Assembly (NCBI GenBank): GCA_964347325.1
Contig: CAYFYA010000009.1
Coordinates: 4,685-68,684 of the forward strand
Direction: 5' to 3'
Length of the DNA: 64,000 nt
DNA from: an uncultured Methanomassiliicoccales archaeon
GTDB taxonomy: Archaea; Thermoplasmatota; Thermoplasmata; RBG-16-68-12; JAJISG01
A program made the position numbers and the translations under genes. Positions 9,529-20,687 of the stretch are shown piece after piece. The notes beneath the pieces were generated by a model. That model was not told the DNA's origin and did no database searches. It saw nothing but the letters and a program-made list of their open reading frames with translations. The stretch's first letter is position 1. Each line of letters begins with the position of its first letter.

Positions 9529-10824
9529 TTAGATGCCCAATTTCTCCCGGTAGGCCTCTATGTCCAGTAGTCCGTGCCCGCTGACGTTGAAGGCGATGGC
9601 TTTGTCCTCCCCGGTCTCCTTGCACCGCAGGGCCTCATCGATGGCTCCTGCGACGCTGTAGGCCGATTCGGGGGCTGGCAGAAAGCCCTCCGTCGTTATG
9701 AAGGTCTGAGCCCTGTCGAAGACGTACCTCTCGTCCGCGGGGTAGGCGATGGTGTCGATATAGCCGAGGTGCCTCAGGAGGCTTATGATGGGGGCGGCGC
9801 CGTGATACCTCAGCCCGTCGGCCCTGATGGGCACCATCTCCTTCTGATGGCCGAGGGTGTACATCTTCAGCATCGGTGTTAGCTCTGCATGGTCAGCGAA
9901 GTCGTACTTGTACTCTCCCTGAAGGTTGGGGGCCGCCTCGCTCTGAGTCGCTATGAACTGGATCTGCCTGCCCTTGAGGGCGTCGGCCACGAAGGGGATC
10001 ACGAAACCGCCGAAGTTGCTCCCGCCTCCGAGACAGGAGATCATGACATCAGGATAGTCGTCGGCCATCTCGAACAGCTTCTTCGCCTCGAGGCCAATGA
10101 CGGTCTGGTGGAGGAGGACATGGTTGAGGACCGACCCCAAGCAGTAGATGGTGTTGGTGTCCCTCCCCGCCTCCTCTAGCCCCTCCGAGACGGCAATTCC
10201 CAAGGACCCGGGATGGTTGGAGTCCTTCTTGAGAAGCTCTCTGCCCACCTCCGTCTCCCCGCTGGGAGAGGCCCTGACAGTCGCGTTGAACAGCTTCATG
10301 AATCCGCGCCGCTCGCGTTTCCACTCGTACACTGCTCGAACCCAGTAGATAACGAGCTCGAGGCCCGCGAGGCTCGCGGCGTAGGCGAGGGCTGTGCCCC
10401 ACTGGCCGGCTCCGGTCTCTGTGGAGAGCTTCTCGTACCCCTCCTCCATCGCGTAGTAGGCCTGGGCTAGGGCCGTGTTGACCTTGTGGCTCCCCGTTGG
10501 GGAGTAGAACTCGGCCTTGTAGTACAGCCTGGCCGGCGTCTTCAGCTTCTCCTCCAGGCGTCGTGCCCTGATGAGGGGTCTGGGTCTGCCGGCCTGCTCG
10601 TAGAATTCCAGGACGCCCTCAGGGATGTCTATCCAACTCGCCTCCGAGTTCTCCTGCTCGAGGCAGTGTCGGAGCAGGACCTCCTTTAGCCGCTTGAGAC
10701 GGACCTTCCCCTCGTCCGGATCGGCCGGTGGAGGCAGCGGCTCTGGGAGGTCTGGAAGGATGTTGTACCAGGTAGTCGGCTTCTCATCTTGTGCTAGTTG
10801 ATACAGCACTCTACCCCGCGACAT
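9529..10824 (-). CDS. trpB: TrpB-like PLP-dependent enzyme (tryptophan synthase beta, TrpB2 type)
   Basis: PLP-lysine motif EFYSPTGSHKVNTALAQA, GGGSNFGG glycine loop, length typical of TrpB2. Confidence 0.85.
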   Translation of the reverse strand: MSRGRVLYQLAQDEKPTTWYNILPDLPEPLPPPADPDEGKVRLKRLKEVLLRHCLEQENSEASWIDIPEGVLEFYEQAGRPRPLIRARRLEEKLKTPARLYYKAEFYSPTGSHKVNTALAQAYYAMEEGYEKLSTETGAGQWGTALAYAASLAGLELVIYWVRAVYEWKRERRGFMKLFNATVRASPSGETEVGRELLKKDSNHPGSLGIAVSEGLEEAGRDTNTIYCLGSVLNHVLLHQTVIGLEAKKLFEMADDYPDVMISCLGGGSNFGGFVIPFVADALKGRQIQFIATQSEAAPNLQGEYKYDFADHAELTPMLKMYTLGHQKEMVPIRADGLRYHGAAPIISLLRHLGYIDTIAYPADERYVFDRAQTFITTEGFLPAPESAYSVAGAIDEALRCKETGEDKAIAFNVSGHGLLDIEAYREKLGI

Positions 10825-10857
10825 TCCATCCCCTCGGGCTCGGAAAGGAGAGACGCC

Positions 10858-11508
10858 TTAAAGGGTTTCCTTCGCCGTACGAACCTCCGCGGCCACCTCT
10901 TGCGCAGCCCCCACGGGATCCTTCGCCGTGGTGATTCGTCGGCCCACAATCAGATAGTCCGCACCCTGCCTGATGGCCTCCACGGGGTCCCCGCCCTGGG
11001 GTCCCACCCCAGGTGAGAGGATTAGCAGCTCGCCCACGATCGTCCTTAGCTTTGCTATGGTGGCAGGGCGAGTGGCCCCCGCCACGATACCAGCGGCCCC
11101 CGCCTCCCTAGCCAGGAGGGCCATCTCCTCCGCTACAGGGAGGAGAAACGTGTTGGCGCCGGGATGGCTCATGGCGGTCACCACATACACAGCCCCCTTG
11201 GCGGCTTCGATGCAGGCCCTGAGGGAGTCCTCTCCCGGGAAGCCGTGGACAATGATGCCTTCGGCCGCATGCTCGAAGGTTAGGCCTACGATGAGGCGAT
11301 CGGTGTCAGGGATGTCCGCCACCTTGAAGTCGCAGAGTACAGGTCCGTAGGCGGAGAGGGTGTCCACAATCCCGAGTCCCGCTGAGAGGACCAGCGGGTA
11401 GTTGACCTTGAAAGCGTCGCAATAGCCTGAGGTTTCCTCTGCGACCCGAACTGCCCTCTGCGGATCTGTCATGTCCAAGGCAATGATCAGCTCGGTTTCC
11501 CGCTTCAT
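10858..11508 (-). CDS. pyrF: orotidine 5'-phosphate decarboxylase
   Basis: LIIALDMTD...DAFKVNYP...DFKVADIPDT, the OMP decarboxylase active-site pattern. Start at MKRETELIIALD. Confidence 0.85.
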   Translation of the reverse strand: MKRETELIIALDMTDPQRAVRVAEETSGYCDAFKVNYPLVLSAGLGIVDTLSAYGPVLCDFKVADIPDTDRLIVGLTFEHAAEGIIVHGFPGEDSLRACIEAAKGAVYVVTAMSHPGANTFLLPVAEEMALLAREAGAAGIVAGATRPATIAKLRTIVGELLILSPGVGPQGGDPVEAIRQGADYLIVGRRITTAKDPVGAAQEVAAEVRTAKETL

Positions 11509-11619
11509 CGGTCCCCCAAACCTCGCTCCCTGCAAAAGGCTTTTGAGGCACATCCAGAAATGAGAACCACCTCACTAGCTTTATGTATCCGGTGACCCAA
11601 GGGAGGAAGCTGGCAGACC

Positions 11620-12195
11620 ATGGTCTCCGAGTATCAGATGAAGAGCAAGGTGTGCCTCGTCGGCGAGGCCGCCGTCGGGAAGACCAGCCTGATTAGCCGC
11701 TTTGTGAAGGACGAATTCGACGATCGCTACGTGACCACCTTGGGCGCAAAGGTCTCAAAGAAGGAGATTCAGGTGGAGGTACCCGAGAATGACCTTATCA
11801 TCCAGATGGACATGGTGATCTGGGACATCATGGGGGAGAAGGGCATCAGGGATCTACTCAAAGAGGCCTTCTTCCACGGGGCTCAGGGTATCCTCGCGGT
11901 CTGCGACCTCACCCGCTACTCGACTCTGAGGGAGCTGGACGATTGGGTGCAGTCGGTCTACAACGTGGTGGGAAACATCTCCGTCGTCTACGCCATCAAC
12001 AAGGTTGACCTGAAGGACGAGGTGATGGTCCTCTTTGACGAGAGGGAGGTTGCCATGGCGACGCAGGCCTTCGACGCCCCCCACTTCTACACCAGCGCGA
12101 AGACGGGGGCCAACGTACAGATAGCATTCCAGAGCCTGGCGGACGATATCGTCAGGAGGAACCTGGCCACGGACATCATCCAGCTGGGGCCCTAG
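11620..12195 (+). CDS. Ras/Rab-like small GTPase (paralog 2 of 3)
   Basis: GEAAVGKTS, YVTTLGAK switch I, WDIMGEK, NKVDL, TSAKTG. Located between pyrF and the ATP synthase operon. Confidence 0.85.
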   Translation: MVSEYQMKSKVCLVGEAAVGKTSLISRFVKDEFDDRYVTTLGAKVSKKEIQVEVPENDLIIQMDMVIWDIMGEKGIRDLLKEAFFHGAQGILAVCDLTRYSTLRELDDWVQSVYNVVGNISVVYAINKVDLKDEVMVLFDEREVAMATQAFDAPHFYTSAKTGANVQIAFQSLADDIVRRNLATDIIQLGP

Positions 12196-12322
12196 GGGTT
12201 CAGGAGTCGCCAGACGATAATGCCGTAGCCCAGGGCCAGAACTACAAGCGATAGAATCCATATCCAGCGGAAGAACCTCGCTCGATTCTCCCCAGATTCG
12301 AGCCAGGCGAAGAACCGCTCGA

Positions 12323-12946
12323 TCATGCCCTCGCCTTGAACCTCTTCAGCCTGAAGATGTTCTCCCTCTCCATCTCCTCGAGCCGCTGACGGATGAAGTT
12401 CTCCGTATCGGCAAGCTCAGGGATGACCCGGTGCTCCAGGGCGTTCACCCTCCGCTTGACCTTCTCAATCTCCTCGATGAGGCGACGCATGGTCGTCTCG
12501 ATCTCGGCGGCCACGATGACGTCCTCGATGAGGCTCTCGTAGGCATCGGCCGCCTCGTCGATTCGAGCAGAGGTTCCGATGATGCCGTACCCCCTCTGAG
12601 GTATGGTCTTGCGGACGCTGCGAGACTCGATCTTCGGGACAACTATTCCCATGACGTTCCTGGTGGTGAGCTCCAGCTGAGGGATGTCTATCAAAGCGTA
12701 GGCGGCGGACTTCACCACCAGCTTTCCCCGTTCCGCCGTCGCTATGTTTATCTTCTCCTCAGCCTCGCGATACCTGTCAACCAGGTTGGATCGGACCTCC
12801 TTGGCGCGGTCGAGGACCTTAAAGAACTCGACAATTAGGGCGTCCCGTTTGAGTTTTAACAGGCGGTGGCCCCGCTCTGCCATGCGACGAATCCGCCGAA
12901 CCTGGAGGAGCTGGGAGCGAGTGGGCTTGTACTCCGCCAGGACCAT
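12323..12946 (-). CDS. atpD: A-type ATP synthase subunit D
   Basis: Coiled-coil subunit D sequence. Last gene of the atpHIKECFABD operon. Confidence 0.9.
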   Translation of the reverse strand: MVLAEYKPTRSQLLQVRRIRRMAERGHRLLKLKRDALIVEFFKVLDRAKEVRSNLVDRYREAEEKINIATAERGKLVVKSAAYALIDIPQLELTTRNVMGIVVPKIESRSVRKTIPQRGYGIIGTSARIDEAADAYESLIEDVIVAAEIETTMRRLIEEIEKVKRRVNALEHRVIPELADTENFIRQRLEEMERENIFRLKRFKARA

Positions 12947-14329
12947 CTAGGCGGCCTTCCGGTGGGCTGGGTGGTATTGCTCCATGGTCTTCCGGTCTAT
13001 CTTCGTCAACCAGGCCTCGTCGAGGCTCGCCAGGAGTTCCCATCCTATCTCGAGGGTCGACTCGATTTCCCTATCCTCCTCGGACCCCTGCCGTATGAAC
13101 TCGTTTTCGAACCTGTCCGCGAAGTCCAGCAGTCTCCGGTCGCGGTCCGAGAGGGCCTCCTTCCCGACGATGGCCACGAGGCCCCGAGCGTCCTTCCCTT
13201 CGGCGTAGGCGGCATAGAGCTGGTCGGATACCTGCTTGTGGTCCTCCCGGGTTCTCCCCGGACCTATCCCTGCGTCCATGAGGCGGGAGAGTGATGGAAG
13301 TGGGTCGATGGGCGGATAGATGCCCTTTCTGTGAAGCTCCCTGGCGACACCGATCTGGCCCTCGGTGATGTAGCCGGTAAGGTCTGCAATCGGATGGGTC
13401 CAGTCATCATCCGGAATGGCCATGATGGGGATCTGGGTGATGCTCCCCTTCTTCCCCTTGATCCTGCCGGCCCGCTCGTAATTGGTCGCCAGGTCCGTGT
13501 AGGTGTATCCGGGATAACCGCGACGTCCCGGGACCTCCTCCCTAGCGGCGCCGATCTGGCGGAGAGCCTCGGCGTAATTCGTCATGTCGGTCAGGATGAC
13601 CAGGACGTGCATGTCAAGGTCGAAGGCCAGGAACTCGGCTGCGGTCAGCGCCATACGGGGGGTGATGAGCCTCTCGACGGCTGGGTCGTCGGCAAGGTTC
13701 AGGAATAGGACAGCCCGCTTCAGGGCTCCGGTCCTTTCGAAGTCGTTCATGAAGAGCCGGGCCTCTTCGTTGGTGATGCCCATAGCAGCGAAGACAACGG
13801 CGAAGGGCTCCACGGCGCCCGGCACCTTGGCTTGGCGAGCAATCTGAAGGGCCACCTCATTGTGGGGCAACCCGGCCCCGGAAAAGAGGGGGAGCTTCTG
13901 CCCCCGGACCAGGGTGTTCAGGCCGTCTATCGTGGAGATGCCCGTCTGGATGAACTCGCTGGGGTGGGCACGGGAGTAGGGGTTCATGGCCGAGCCAACG
14001 ACCTCGCGACGGTCCTCGGGCAGAATCTTCGGTCCTCCATCGATAGGCTCGCCGCTTCCCGATAGCACGCGGCCCAGCATGTCCTGGGAGACACTTAGAC
14101 GGATGGTCTCGCCGAGGAACTTCACGCTCGAGGAGCGATCGATGCCTCTGGTGCCCTCGAAGATCTGTACCACGACCATGTCGTGGGAGGTGTCTAGGAC
14201 CTGACCTCGTCTTTTCTCCCCGTCGGGCAGGCTGACCTCAACGAGTTCGGCATACCCGACCGGATCAGTCTTCTCCACGAAGACGAGGGGCCCTGAGATC
14301 TCGGTGATCGTGCGGTACTCCTTCACCAT
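12947..14329 (-). CDS. atpB: A-type ATP synthase subunit B
   Basis: Non-catalytic B-subunit sequence. ATGA overlap with the atpA stop. Confidence 0.95.
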   Translation of the reverse strand: MVKEYRTITEISGPLVFVEKTDPVGYAELVEVSLPDGEKRRGQVLDTSHDMVVVQIFEGTRGIDRSSSVKFLGETIRLSVSQDMLGRVLSGSGEPIDGGPKILPEDRREVVGSAMNPYSRAHPSEFIQTGISTIDGLNTLVRGQKLPLFSGAGLPHNEVALQIARQAKVPGAVEPFAVVFAAMGITNEEARLFMNDFERTGALKRAVLFLNLADDPAVERLITPRMALTAAEFLAFDLDMHVLVILTDMTNYAEALRQIGAAREEVPGRRGYPGYTYTDLATNYERAGRIKGKKGSITQIPIMAIPDDDWTHPIADLTGYITEGQIGVARELHRKGIYPPIDPLPSLSRLMDAGIGPGRTREDHKQVSDQLYAAYAEGKDARGLVAIVGKEALSDRDRRLLDFADRFENEFIRQGSEEDREIESTLEIGWELLASLDEAWLTKIDRKTMEQYHPAHRKAA

Positions 14330-16098
14330 CAGCTAGCCTCCAGCTTCCTGAACTCCTCCTCCATCTGGCCCATCGTCTCCTTCATCTCCTCCTCCAGGTT
14401 CTCCTCGTACTTCACCCGCGATAGACGGGCCCGAGAGGGGAGGTTGGCGATCTCCGATATCGGAATCTCCAGATTCAGGGCGCGCCGCCCCAGCTCATCG
14501 TACCTTTTGATCGCCTCAATAAGGTGGAACTGGTTCTCCAGGGTGCAGTAGGTGTCCACAGGATGGAAGGCGTTCTGCTGGAGGAAGTACTCCCTGATCA
14601 TCCGGGCCGTCTCCAGGGTGAGCTGCTGGTCCTCAGGCAGAGCGTCGGCACCGACGAGACGGACGATCTCCTCCAGCTCTGACTCCTCCTGAAGGATGCG
14701 CTGCGCCCACTCTCGAAGCGAAGGCCAGTTCTCGTGAACCTTCTTCTGGAACCACTCCTTGAGGGTGGGAGAGTAGAGGCTGTAGGACGTGAGCCAGTTG
14801 ATGGCCGGGAAGTGGCGTCTCTCCCGTAGCTTCGTGTCCAGGGCCCAGAAAACCTTGGCGATGCGAAGGGTGCCCTGAGTTACGGGTTCCGAGAAGTCGC
14901 CACCCGAGGGTGAAACGGCGCCGACCACGGAGACGCTTCCCTCCGCGCCGTTGAGGGTCGTGGCGCGCCCCGCTCGTTCGTAGAATTCAGAGAGACGAGC
15001 GGCTAGGTAGGCTGGGAAGCCCTCTTCTCCGGGCATCTCCTCCAATCGAGAGCTGATCTCCCTCATGGCCTCCGCCCAGCGGCTCGTGCTGTCCGCGGTG
15101 AGGTAGACGTGATACCCCATGTCTCTGTAGTACTCTGCCATGGTCATCCCGGTGTAGACGGACGCCTCCCGGGCGGCCACGGGCATGTTACTGGTGTTGG
15201 CGACCATGATCGTCCTGTCCATGAGGGGCTCCCCCGTCTTGGGATCCACTGTCTCAGGCAGCATGGTCAGCATCTCGGTCATCTCGTTCCCCCGCTCGCC
15301 GCATCCGATGTAGATGACGATCTGGGCGTCGCACCACTTGGTGAGCTGATGCCCGCTCACCGTCTTTCCCGTTCCGAAACCACCTGGGATGGCGGCCGTG
15401 CCACCCTTGGCAAGCGGGAATAGGAAGTCGAACACCCGCTGCCCCGTCAGCAGTGGCACCGAGGGCATCAGACGCTCCTTCACTGGTCGCGGGAGTCGGA
15501 CGGGCCAAGTCTGCATCGCGGTCTGGGTCGTGCCGTCCTGCATTGTCAGGACGGTGTCTTCCACGCTTACCTGGCCCTCGCGGACGTCCTTGACGGTCCC
15601 TTTCAGCCTCGGCGGCGCAAGAACCCGGTGCTCGACGTGCTTCGCCTCCTGGACCAGGCCGATGATTTCCCCACCGTTCAGTTCGTCGCCTGGCTTCACT
15701 CGCGGCTTGAACTCCCACCTCGCGCCCCGATCCAAGGCGTTGGCACGAACGCCTCGAAGGATGTAGTCTCCCATCCGATCCTTAAGCACCGGCAATGGCC
15801 TCTGGACTCCGTCCAATATGCTTCCCAAGAGACCGGGGCCTAGCTCCACCAGAAGCGGCTGTCCAGTGTCAATGACCCTCTCGCCAGGACGAAGGCCGCT
15901 GGAGTCCTCGTAGACCTGTATGACGGTCCGATCACCTGCGAGGCCAATGACCTCGCCCATGAGCTCCTCCTCGCCAACCAGGACGACATCGTACATCCGA
16001 GGCATGATGCCCGTGGCGGTAATGACTGGTCCCGCTACGCGATAGATCTCGCCCGTCTTGCCCTCGGGGGCATCCTTCGATTTCACGGCTGTTGCCAT
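14329..16098 (-). CDS. atpA: A-type ATP synthase catalytic subunit A
   Basis: Walker [11 protein letters not shown], 589 aa with the non-homologous region typical of A/V-type A subunits. Confidence 0.95.
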   Translation of the reverse strand: MATAVKSKDAPEGKTGEIYRVAGPVITATGIMPRMYDVVLVGEEELMGEVIGLAGDRTVIQVYEDSSGLRPGERVIDTGQPLLVELGPGLLGSILDGVQRPLPVLKDRMGDYILRGVRANALDRGARWEFKPRVKPGDELNGGEIIGLVQEAKHVEHRVLAPPRLKGTVKDVREGQVSVEDTVLTMQDGTTQTAMQTWPVRLPRPVKERLMPSVPLLTGQRVFDFLFPLAKGGTAAIPGGFGTGKTVSGHQLTKWCDAQIVIYIGCGERGNEMTEMLTMLPETVDPKTGEPLMDRTIMVANTSNMPVAAREASVYTGMTMAEYYRDMGYHVYLTADSTSRWAEAMREISSRLEEMPGEEGFPAYLAARLSEFYERAGRATTLNGAEGSVSVVGAVSPSGGDFSEPVTQGTLRIAKVFWALDTKLRERRHFPAINWLTSYSLYSPTLKEWFQKKVHENWPSLREWAQRILQEESELEEIVRLVGADALPEDQQLTLETARMIREYFLQQNAFHPVDTYCTLENQFHLIEAIKRYDELGRRALNLEIPISEIANLPSRARLSRVKYEENLEEEMKETMGQMEEEFRKLEAS

Positions 16099-16106
16099 TC
16101 ACTCAC

Positions 16107-16409
16107 CTAGTCAGTCTTGAAGAGATCAACACCAATGGCCCGCTTCACCTTCTCACGGAGGTCTTCCTCCTCCTCGCCGCCGACGGCGACCACGACGGGC
16201 CTGGGAAGGCTCCGGAGCCTCCTTCGCATGCCGAGGGAGAGGTTGGACATCTCGTCGTTCTTCAGCACCAGGATGCCTACCTCCTCGTCCTCGATGGTTT
16301 CCTCAACGATCCTCTCCATCTCCTCAGGAAGGGTCGAGCGAATCTTCCGGACCCCCGCCAGCCGGAAACCGATGACAAACTCATCACTCCCTACAACAGC
16401 TATCTCCAC
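16107..16409 (-). CDS. atpF: A-type ATP synthase subunit F
   Basis: 100 aa, MEIAVVGSDEFVIGFRLAGV..., typical V/A-type F subunit. Confidence 0.8.
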   Translation of the reverse strand: MEIAVVGSDEFVIGFRLAGVRKIRSTLPEEMERIVEETIEDEEVGILVLKNDEMSNLSLGMRRRLRSLPRPVVVAVGGEEEEDLREKVKRAIGVDLFKTD

Positions 16410-17492
16410 TCAGATCACCAGCATCTCGCGAATTGTATCCTCATCCAGGCCGCTTGCCTTGCCCCTGGAGATGATTCTGACATTCCCCACCTCGTTGGTT
16501 TTCCGTACCAAGTAGTCGAGGACCGGCAGGACGGAGAGGGGGTGAAGGTTGCCTCCCGTGGCAGCCTGTTTCAGGTGCCATTTCTCCATCGCCCGGATCC
16601 CGTCCGCAATCCGGGGCTTCTCCACCGTGAGATAAGGGGAGAGAACCTCGTGGAAGGGCGTCTCCCGGAGCCTCTCAACTAGGGCCGGAAGTTCAATCCC
16701 CATCATTCCCGACAGACTCTCCTTGGAAAGGTTCAACCCGCCGTTAATGAAGATCTGCCTCGCCTCGACCCCCTCGATGCCTCGAACTCGTAGAAGGGTC
16801 TGAAGGTTGACAAGGTCGATCTCTCTCCTGATGAAGTTGTGGAACAGCCGGCTGGGTTCCGGCGTTGGCGGAACGGTCTCCAGCAGGTGCTCGTAGAATA
16901 CCTTGTCCAGAAGGTCCTCGTAGGCGGCCAGGCTCGTTAGCTCAGAAGCCGTGGGCGGAAGGCCCATGAGGACCGGGCCGTAAATGGTGGGCTCGAGGGC
17001 CTCAACAACCTCGTCCAGGGTCTCCAAGGCGATCAGGCTCCTGAGGGAATCCAGGGGGAAGCTCCCTGCGGGTATCATGTCCTCCAGGATTTCCTCGTCC
17101 GTGGCGCCGTAGAATCGCCCTCGCAGGACCGTCTTGATGTTCCAGACATCCCAGCGATCTAGGAAGGCAGCGATCATCTCCTTCAGCGGACCTTCGGAGA
17201 ACTCGATGATTTCATGGAAGACCTTTGCCAGGTTGTTTCGCGTCGCCATTTCCACTAGGTCGACACCGGAGTAGCGGGTGGCGAGCTCCCTGATTTCCTC
17301 GTTGTACTGGCCCTCGCCTAGGACCCTTGCGATTTCGGGGATCGACATCTTCAGAAACCTGTCGTATGTGGTCTTGGTGAGGAGGAGGGCTTTCTTGGCT
17401 TTCACCCGGGCGGTGACGTATGGGTAGTTACCCAGATCAATCGGAAGACGATCCCTGATTCTCTTGGCCAGAGATGCCCTCCGTACCGCCAC
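16410..17492 (-). CDS. atpC: A-type ATP synthase subunit C (V0-d homolog)
   Basis: 360-aa helical protein in the conserved operon position. Confidence 0.85.
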   Translation of the reverse strand: MAVRRASLAKRIRDRLPIDLGNYPYVTARVKAKKALLLTKTTYDRFLKMSIPEIARVLGEGQYNEEIRELATRYSGVDLVEMATRNNLAKVFHEIIEFSEGPLKEMIAAFLDRWDVWNIKTVLRGRFYGATDEEILEDMIPAGSFPLDSLRSLIALETLDEVVEALEPTIYGPVLMGLPPTASELTSLAAYEDLLDKVFYEHLLETVPPTPEPSRLFHNFIRREIDLVNLQTLLRVRGIEGVEARQIFINGGLNLSKESLSGMMGIELPALVERLRETPFHEVLSPYLTVEKPRIADGIRAMEKWHLKQAATGGNLHPLSVLPVLDYLVRKTNEVGNVRIISRGKASGLDEDTIREMLVI

Positions 17493-17493
17493 G

Positions 17494-18051
17494 TTAGTCC
17501 CCCTCCCACAGTAGTTCCGCGACCTCCTTGATGATGTCCTCCCAAAGGTCTTCGAGGAAGGTCTCGTAGGTGAGGTCGATGCGGCGACTCCCGTCCCTGC
17601 TCTCGATAACGAATCCGCCGATGCAGTCGAGATCGCCTATGACTTCGGTCTTCACTAGTCGTCCAAGGACCTCCGCGTCGCGCTCGTTGCTTCGGACGAA
17701 ACCTTCGGAGATATCCTCCTGGTGTCTCTGAACCAGGGCCACCAGGAGGGCTTTGTCGGGACCCTGCTTCCGGAGCCGTTCCCGAGCACTCCTCAGGATA
17801 CCATCCAGGACCTCCTTTTGAGCCTGGAGCGCGACTCTCCGGGCCTCCAATTCAGCCCTTGAGGTCTCCCTCTGTTGTCGCCTTGATGCTTCTGTCTCGG
17901 CCTGAGATTTCCTCTCCTGGGTCAGCTCCTCACCCTCGGCTCGCACCTCGGCAAGCATCCGCTCGCGCTCCTCGTCCGCGGATGCCAGTATCGCATCCGC
18001 TTCGCGCCTCCCGCGGTCGAGGATCTCCTCGACCACCTTATCCAATGACAT
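17494..18051 (-). CDS. atpE: A-type ATP synthase subunit E
   Basis: Charged coiled-coil N-terminus plus globular C-terminus, in the conserved position. Confidence 0.8.
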   Translation of the reverse strand: MSLDKVVEEILDRGRREADAILASADEERERMLAEVRAEGEELTQERKSQAETEASRRQQRETSRAELEARRVALQAQKEVLDGILRSARERLRKQGPDKALLVALVQRHQEDISEGFVRSNERDAEVLGRLVKTEVIGDLDCIGGFVIESRDGSRRIDLTYETFLEDLWEDIIKEVAELLWEGD

Positions 18052-18064
18052 CTCGTTCTGGCGC

Positions 18065-18301
18065 CTAGCCCGCGACGGTCGGAATCAGCCCCACCATGAT
18101 GATCGCCACGACGAGGCCGAAGATGATGATCGTCTCGGGGATGACCATCAGTACCAGTCCCCGAACAAATAGCTCCGGTTTTTCAGCCATGGCACCCACG
18201 GCAGCGCCTCCAATCACCTTCTCTGCCCACGCGGTCGCGAATGCTGCGCCCACGATGGTCAGGGCCGCGCACAACGCCAGCATCTCTACTTCGAACACCA
18301 T
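18065..18301 (-). CDS. atpK: A-type ATP synthase proteolipid subunit K (c)
   Basis: 78-aa two-helix proteolipid with a conserved carboxylate (PETIIIFGL). Confidence 0.85.
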   Translation of the reverse strand: MVFEVEMLALCAALTIVGAAFATAWAEKVIGGAAVGAMAEKPELFVRGLVLMVIPETIIIFGLVVAIIMVGLIPTVAG

Positions 18302-18317
18302 TCTTTTTCACCTCTTT

Positions 18318-20297
18318 TCAAACCGTTTGTGTAGCTTGAGCCCCGAAGGGCTTGAAGGGCATTCCATTACCCTTGAAGAACTTCATGAAGAACTCTACAT
18401 AGTTAAGCCTGAGCGCCTGAATTCCCGAACTCAGTCCGCCCAATAGGAGGACGATCATCTGAGCTCCAACCAAGAGGAAGATCCCGAAGGCGACCAGAAG
18501 TATTCCTTGGTCGAATATCAATCCGTTGAAGATTGCGACGTTGAGGGACTCCGCGATATGTGCCTTCGCGACGGCCAGTCCCGCCAACCTGGTGTAGGAA
18601 ATCATGTTGGCCAGCAGGCCTGCCACTTCAAGGATAGCGACGGGGTTCCCGATGGTCACTAACTCCATGACCGCCATGATGACGGCTCCGCCCAGGAGGA
18701 AGCCAAAGGCGACCCAGGGAATGGTGAAGCCGAAGATCTCTAGGCCGCCGGCTGGAACCCACAAGAACACGTTGTCCCAGACCCAGCCACCGATACGATT
18801 CCATTGGACTCGGAAGATAATAATCATGAATAACCCTAGCAGGACGAAGAACCATGCAGCCTTTGCGGCTGCATGACGTCTGTCATGCTGAAGTTCATTA
18901 TAGAATCCTATGATGAAGCCGAGCCCTAGGTGGAGAAAGGCAGCGACGATGGAGAGGATCAGCAGATCCATTACGTCAACGAGTTTGCGGAGAACGGGCT
19001 CGATAGGGATATCCACTCCCATGAGCATCTCCCAACTGACCTCCACTGGAGCTCCGGGCTCATGGTGGACCTCTGGGGCGTGGAACGGGATTCCAAAGGC
19101 GTCGGCATAGATGAAGGTCCCGAAGAATGCGGTCACGATCCCCGCGACTAAGATAATGGCAAGGAACCGCCTCAAGTCTACACTGCGCTTGACCTTGCTC
19201 AGGCCGATGATTCCGATGACGGCCAGGACGATACCATACCCAAGGTCGCCGACCATCATGCCGAAGAAGACGGGGAGGATGACGAAAAGGGCCAGCGTCG
19301 GATCCACTTCCTTTGGGTGCGGGGTCGAGAACAGCTGCGTGAGGAGTTCGAAGGACCTGACCGGTTCTGGGTTGTCCAGGAGGACCGGAGACTCTTCCAC
19401 CTCGCTCTCCAGCTGATCCACGTAGAGGCTGCCCAGATTCTGCAGCCGACTGCTGACCTCCTCCCAGCGCTCCTTCGGAATCCAACCCTCCGCCACGAAG
19501 GAGTGCTCGCTGGCGGCGAACCTCAGCGGGGCCTCCGCCTTCTCTACCTCCTGCGTGAAGAAGTCCTCCGCAGAGACAACGAAGGAGGCGAACCGCTGAC
19601 GGAGGATTGTGAGGCGACCGCGCACCTCCTCCAACGTCGACTCCAGCTTCCTCTTCTCTTCCAGAAGGTCCCCAAGCATGACCCTCGGGTCACCCTCACT
19701 CCCCGGGACCTCCAGCGGGACGAAGCCGAGTCGTGAGAGGAGCTCTCTGACCTCGGACTCATGCCCCTTCTCAACGAACAGAGCCAGCACGGCACCAGTC
19801 CGGAGGACCTCATACCTCTCCGTAATCTCGTCCAGGCCCACTAGATCCCTGGGCAGTGTTCCCACAAAGACCGCAAGGTTCTCATAGCCGGAGTACTCGG
19901 ACAGTTCGAGGCCAAGGTCAGCGAAAGGTGCAATGGCCTCAATGCGCGGGTTCAGGTCGGCCAGCAGCTCCTCGATGCCCGTCCTAGTCTCGTCCTCCTC
20001 CCGGATGTTGAGTTCGAGGGTCAGGAGTTTCTGCTGGGCATCGGGGCCCACCTCCTCTCGCTCGATGATCTTCAATGTCTGCAGCTCGAGGACGCCGGCA
20101 ATAGACCTCAGCTTCAGAAGGGTCTCGGAGACCTCGGAGGCGGTCTCGAGCGGCTGCCCCATCTCGAAGGTCTCGTCCGCGTCCTCGAAGTCCACGATGT
20201 GAAGGGCCTGGAGGCCATAGAGTGCATCTATGGTCTGGGGTAGCAGGTCGCGAGGCCCGACGATGAGGGCCCGGACCATCTCCTTAGGTCTCAGCAT
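18318..20297 (-). CDS. atpI: A-type ATP synthase subunit I (a)
   Basis: Cytoplasmic N-domain plus C-terminal multi-TM domain with the conserved Arg region. Start taken at MLRPKEMVRALIVGP, overlapping the atpH stop. Confidence 0.85.
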   Translation of the reverse strand: MLRPKEMVRALIVGPRDLLPQTIDALYGLQALHIVDFEDADETFEMGQPLETASEVSETLLKLRSIAGVLELQTLKIIEREEVGPDAQQKLLTLELNIREEDETRTGIEELLADLNPRIEAIAPFADLGLELSEYSGYENLAVFVGTLPRDLVGLDEITERYEVLRTGAVLALFVEKGHESEVRELLSRLGFVPLEVPGSEGDPRVMLGDLLEEKRKLESTLEEVRGRLTILRQRFASFVVSAEDFFTQEVEKAEAPLRFAASEHSFVAEGWIPKERWEEVSSRLQNLGSLYVDQLESEVEESPVLLDNPEPVRSFELLTQLFSTPHPKEVDPTLALFVILPVFFGMMVGDLGYGIVLAVIGIIGLSKVKRSVDLRRFLAIILVAGIVTAFFGTFIYADAFGIPFHAPEVHHEPGAPVEVSWEMLMGVDIPIEPVLRKLVDVMDLLILSIVAAFLHLGLGFIIGFYNELQHDRRHAAAKAAWFFVLLGLFMIIIFRVQWNRIGGWVWDNVFLWVPAGGLEIFGFTIPWVAFGFLLGGAVIMAVMELVTIGNPVAILEVAGLLANMISYTRLAGLAVAKAHIAESLNVAIFNGLIFDQGILLVAFGIFLLVGAQMIVLLLGGLSSGIQALRLNYVEFFMKFFKGNGMPFKPFGAQATQTV

Positions 20298-20619
20298 GAA
20301 CTGCCTCCTCGAACCTCTTGAGGAGAAGCTCAATGGCCCGGTCGACCTTACCCGATGCAACTGCCCTTATTCTCTGGGCTTCTTCGTTTCCCCTTTCGAG
20401 TATTTCCTTGAGCTCAGCTTGCATGGCCGCCGCGGCAGCCTCAAGGACTTCCTGATACCGCCTCTCTGCCTGCTGTCGGAGATCGGCCTCGAGGTTCAAG
20501 GACTCCCCCTTAGCCTTCCGGAGCCGACGATCCTTTTCCTCCTCAGACCTGGCTTTGAGGTCCCGGACTTGTCGCTCCGCTTCCCTTACCTTCTCGAGGG
20601 CTTCCAGCCGCTGAGCCAT
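20284..20619 (-). CDS. atpH: A-type ATP synthase subunit H
   Basis: 111-aa charged coiled-coil (MAQRLEALEKVREAERQ...), first gene of the operon. The longer ORF-track extension was rejected. Confidence 0.7.
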   Translation of the reverse strand: MAQRLEALEKVREAERQVRDLKARSEEEKDRRLRKAKGESLNLEADLRQQAERRYQEVLEAAAAAMQAELKEILERGNEEAQRIRAVASGKVDRAIELLLKRFEEAVHAET

Positions 20620-20687
20620 GGGCGGCTGCACAAACTTTGGGGCCGACTTAAACCTTACGTGGACGACCTCGTCGAGGATACCTAGCC

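Noticed and set aside
12196-12322. Possible terminator or ncRNA in the convergent gap between GTPase 2 and atpD
   Set aside because: No convincing hairpin plus T-tract and no conserved motif. It is probably just a convergent 3' UTR region.
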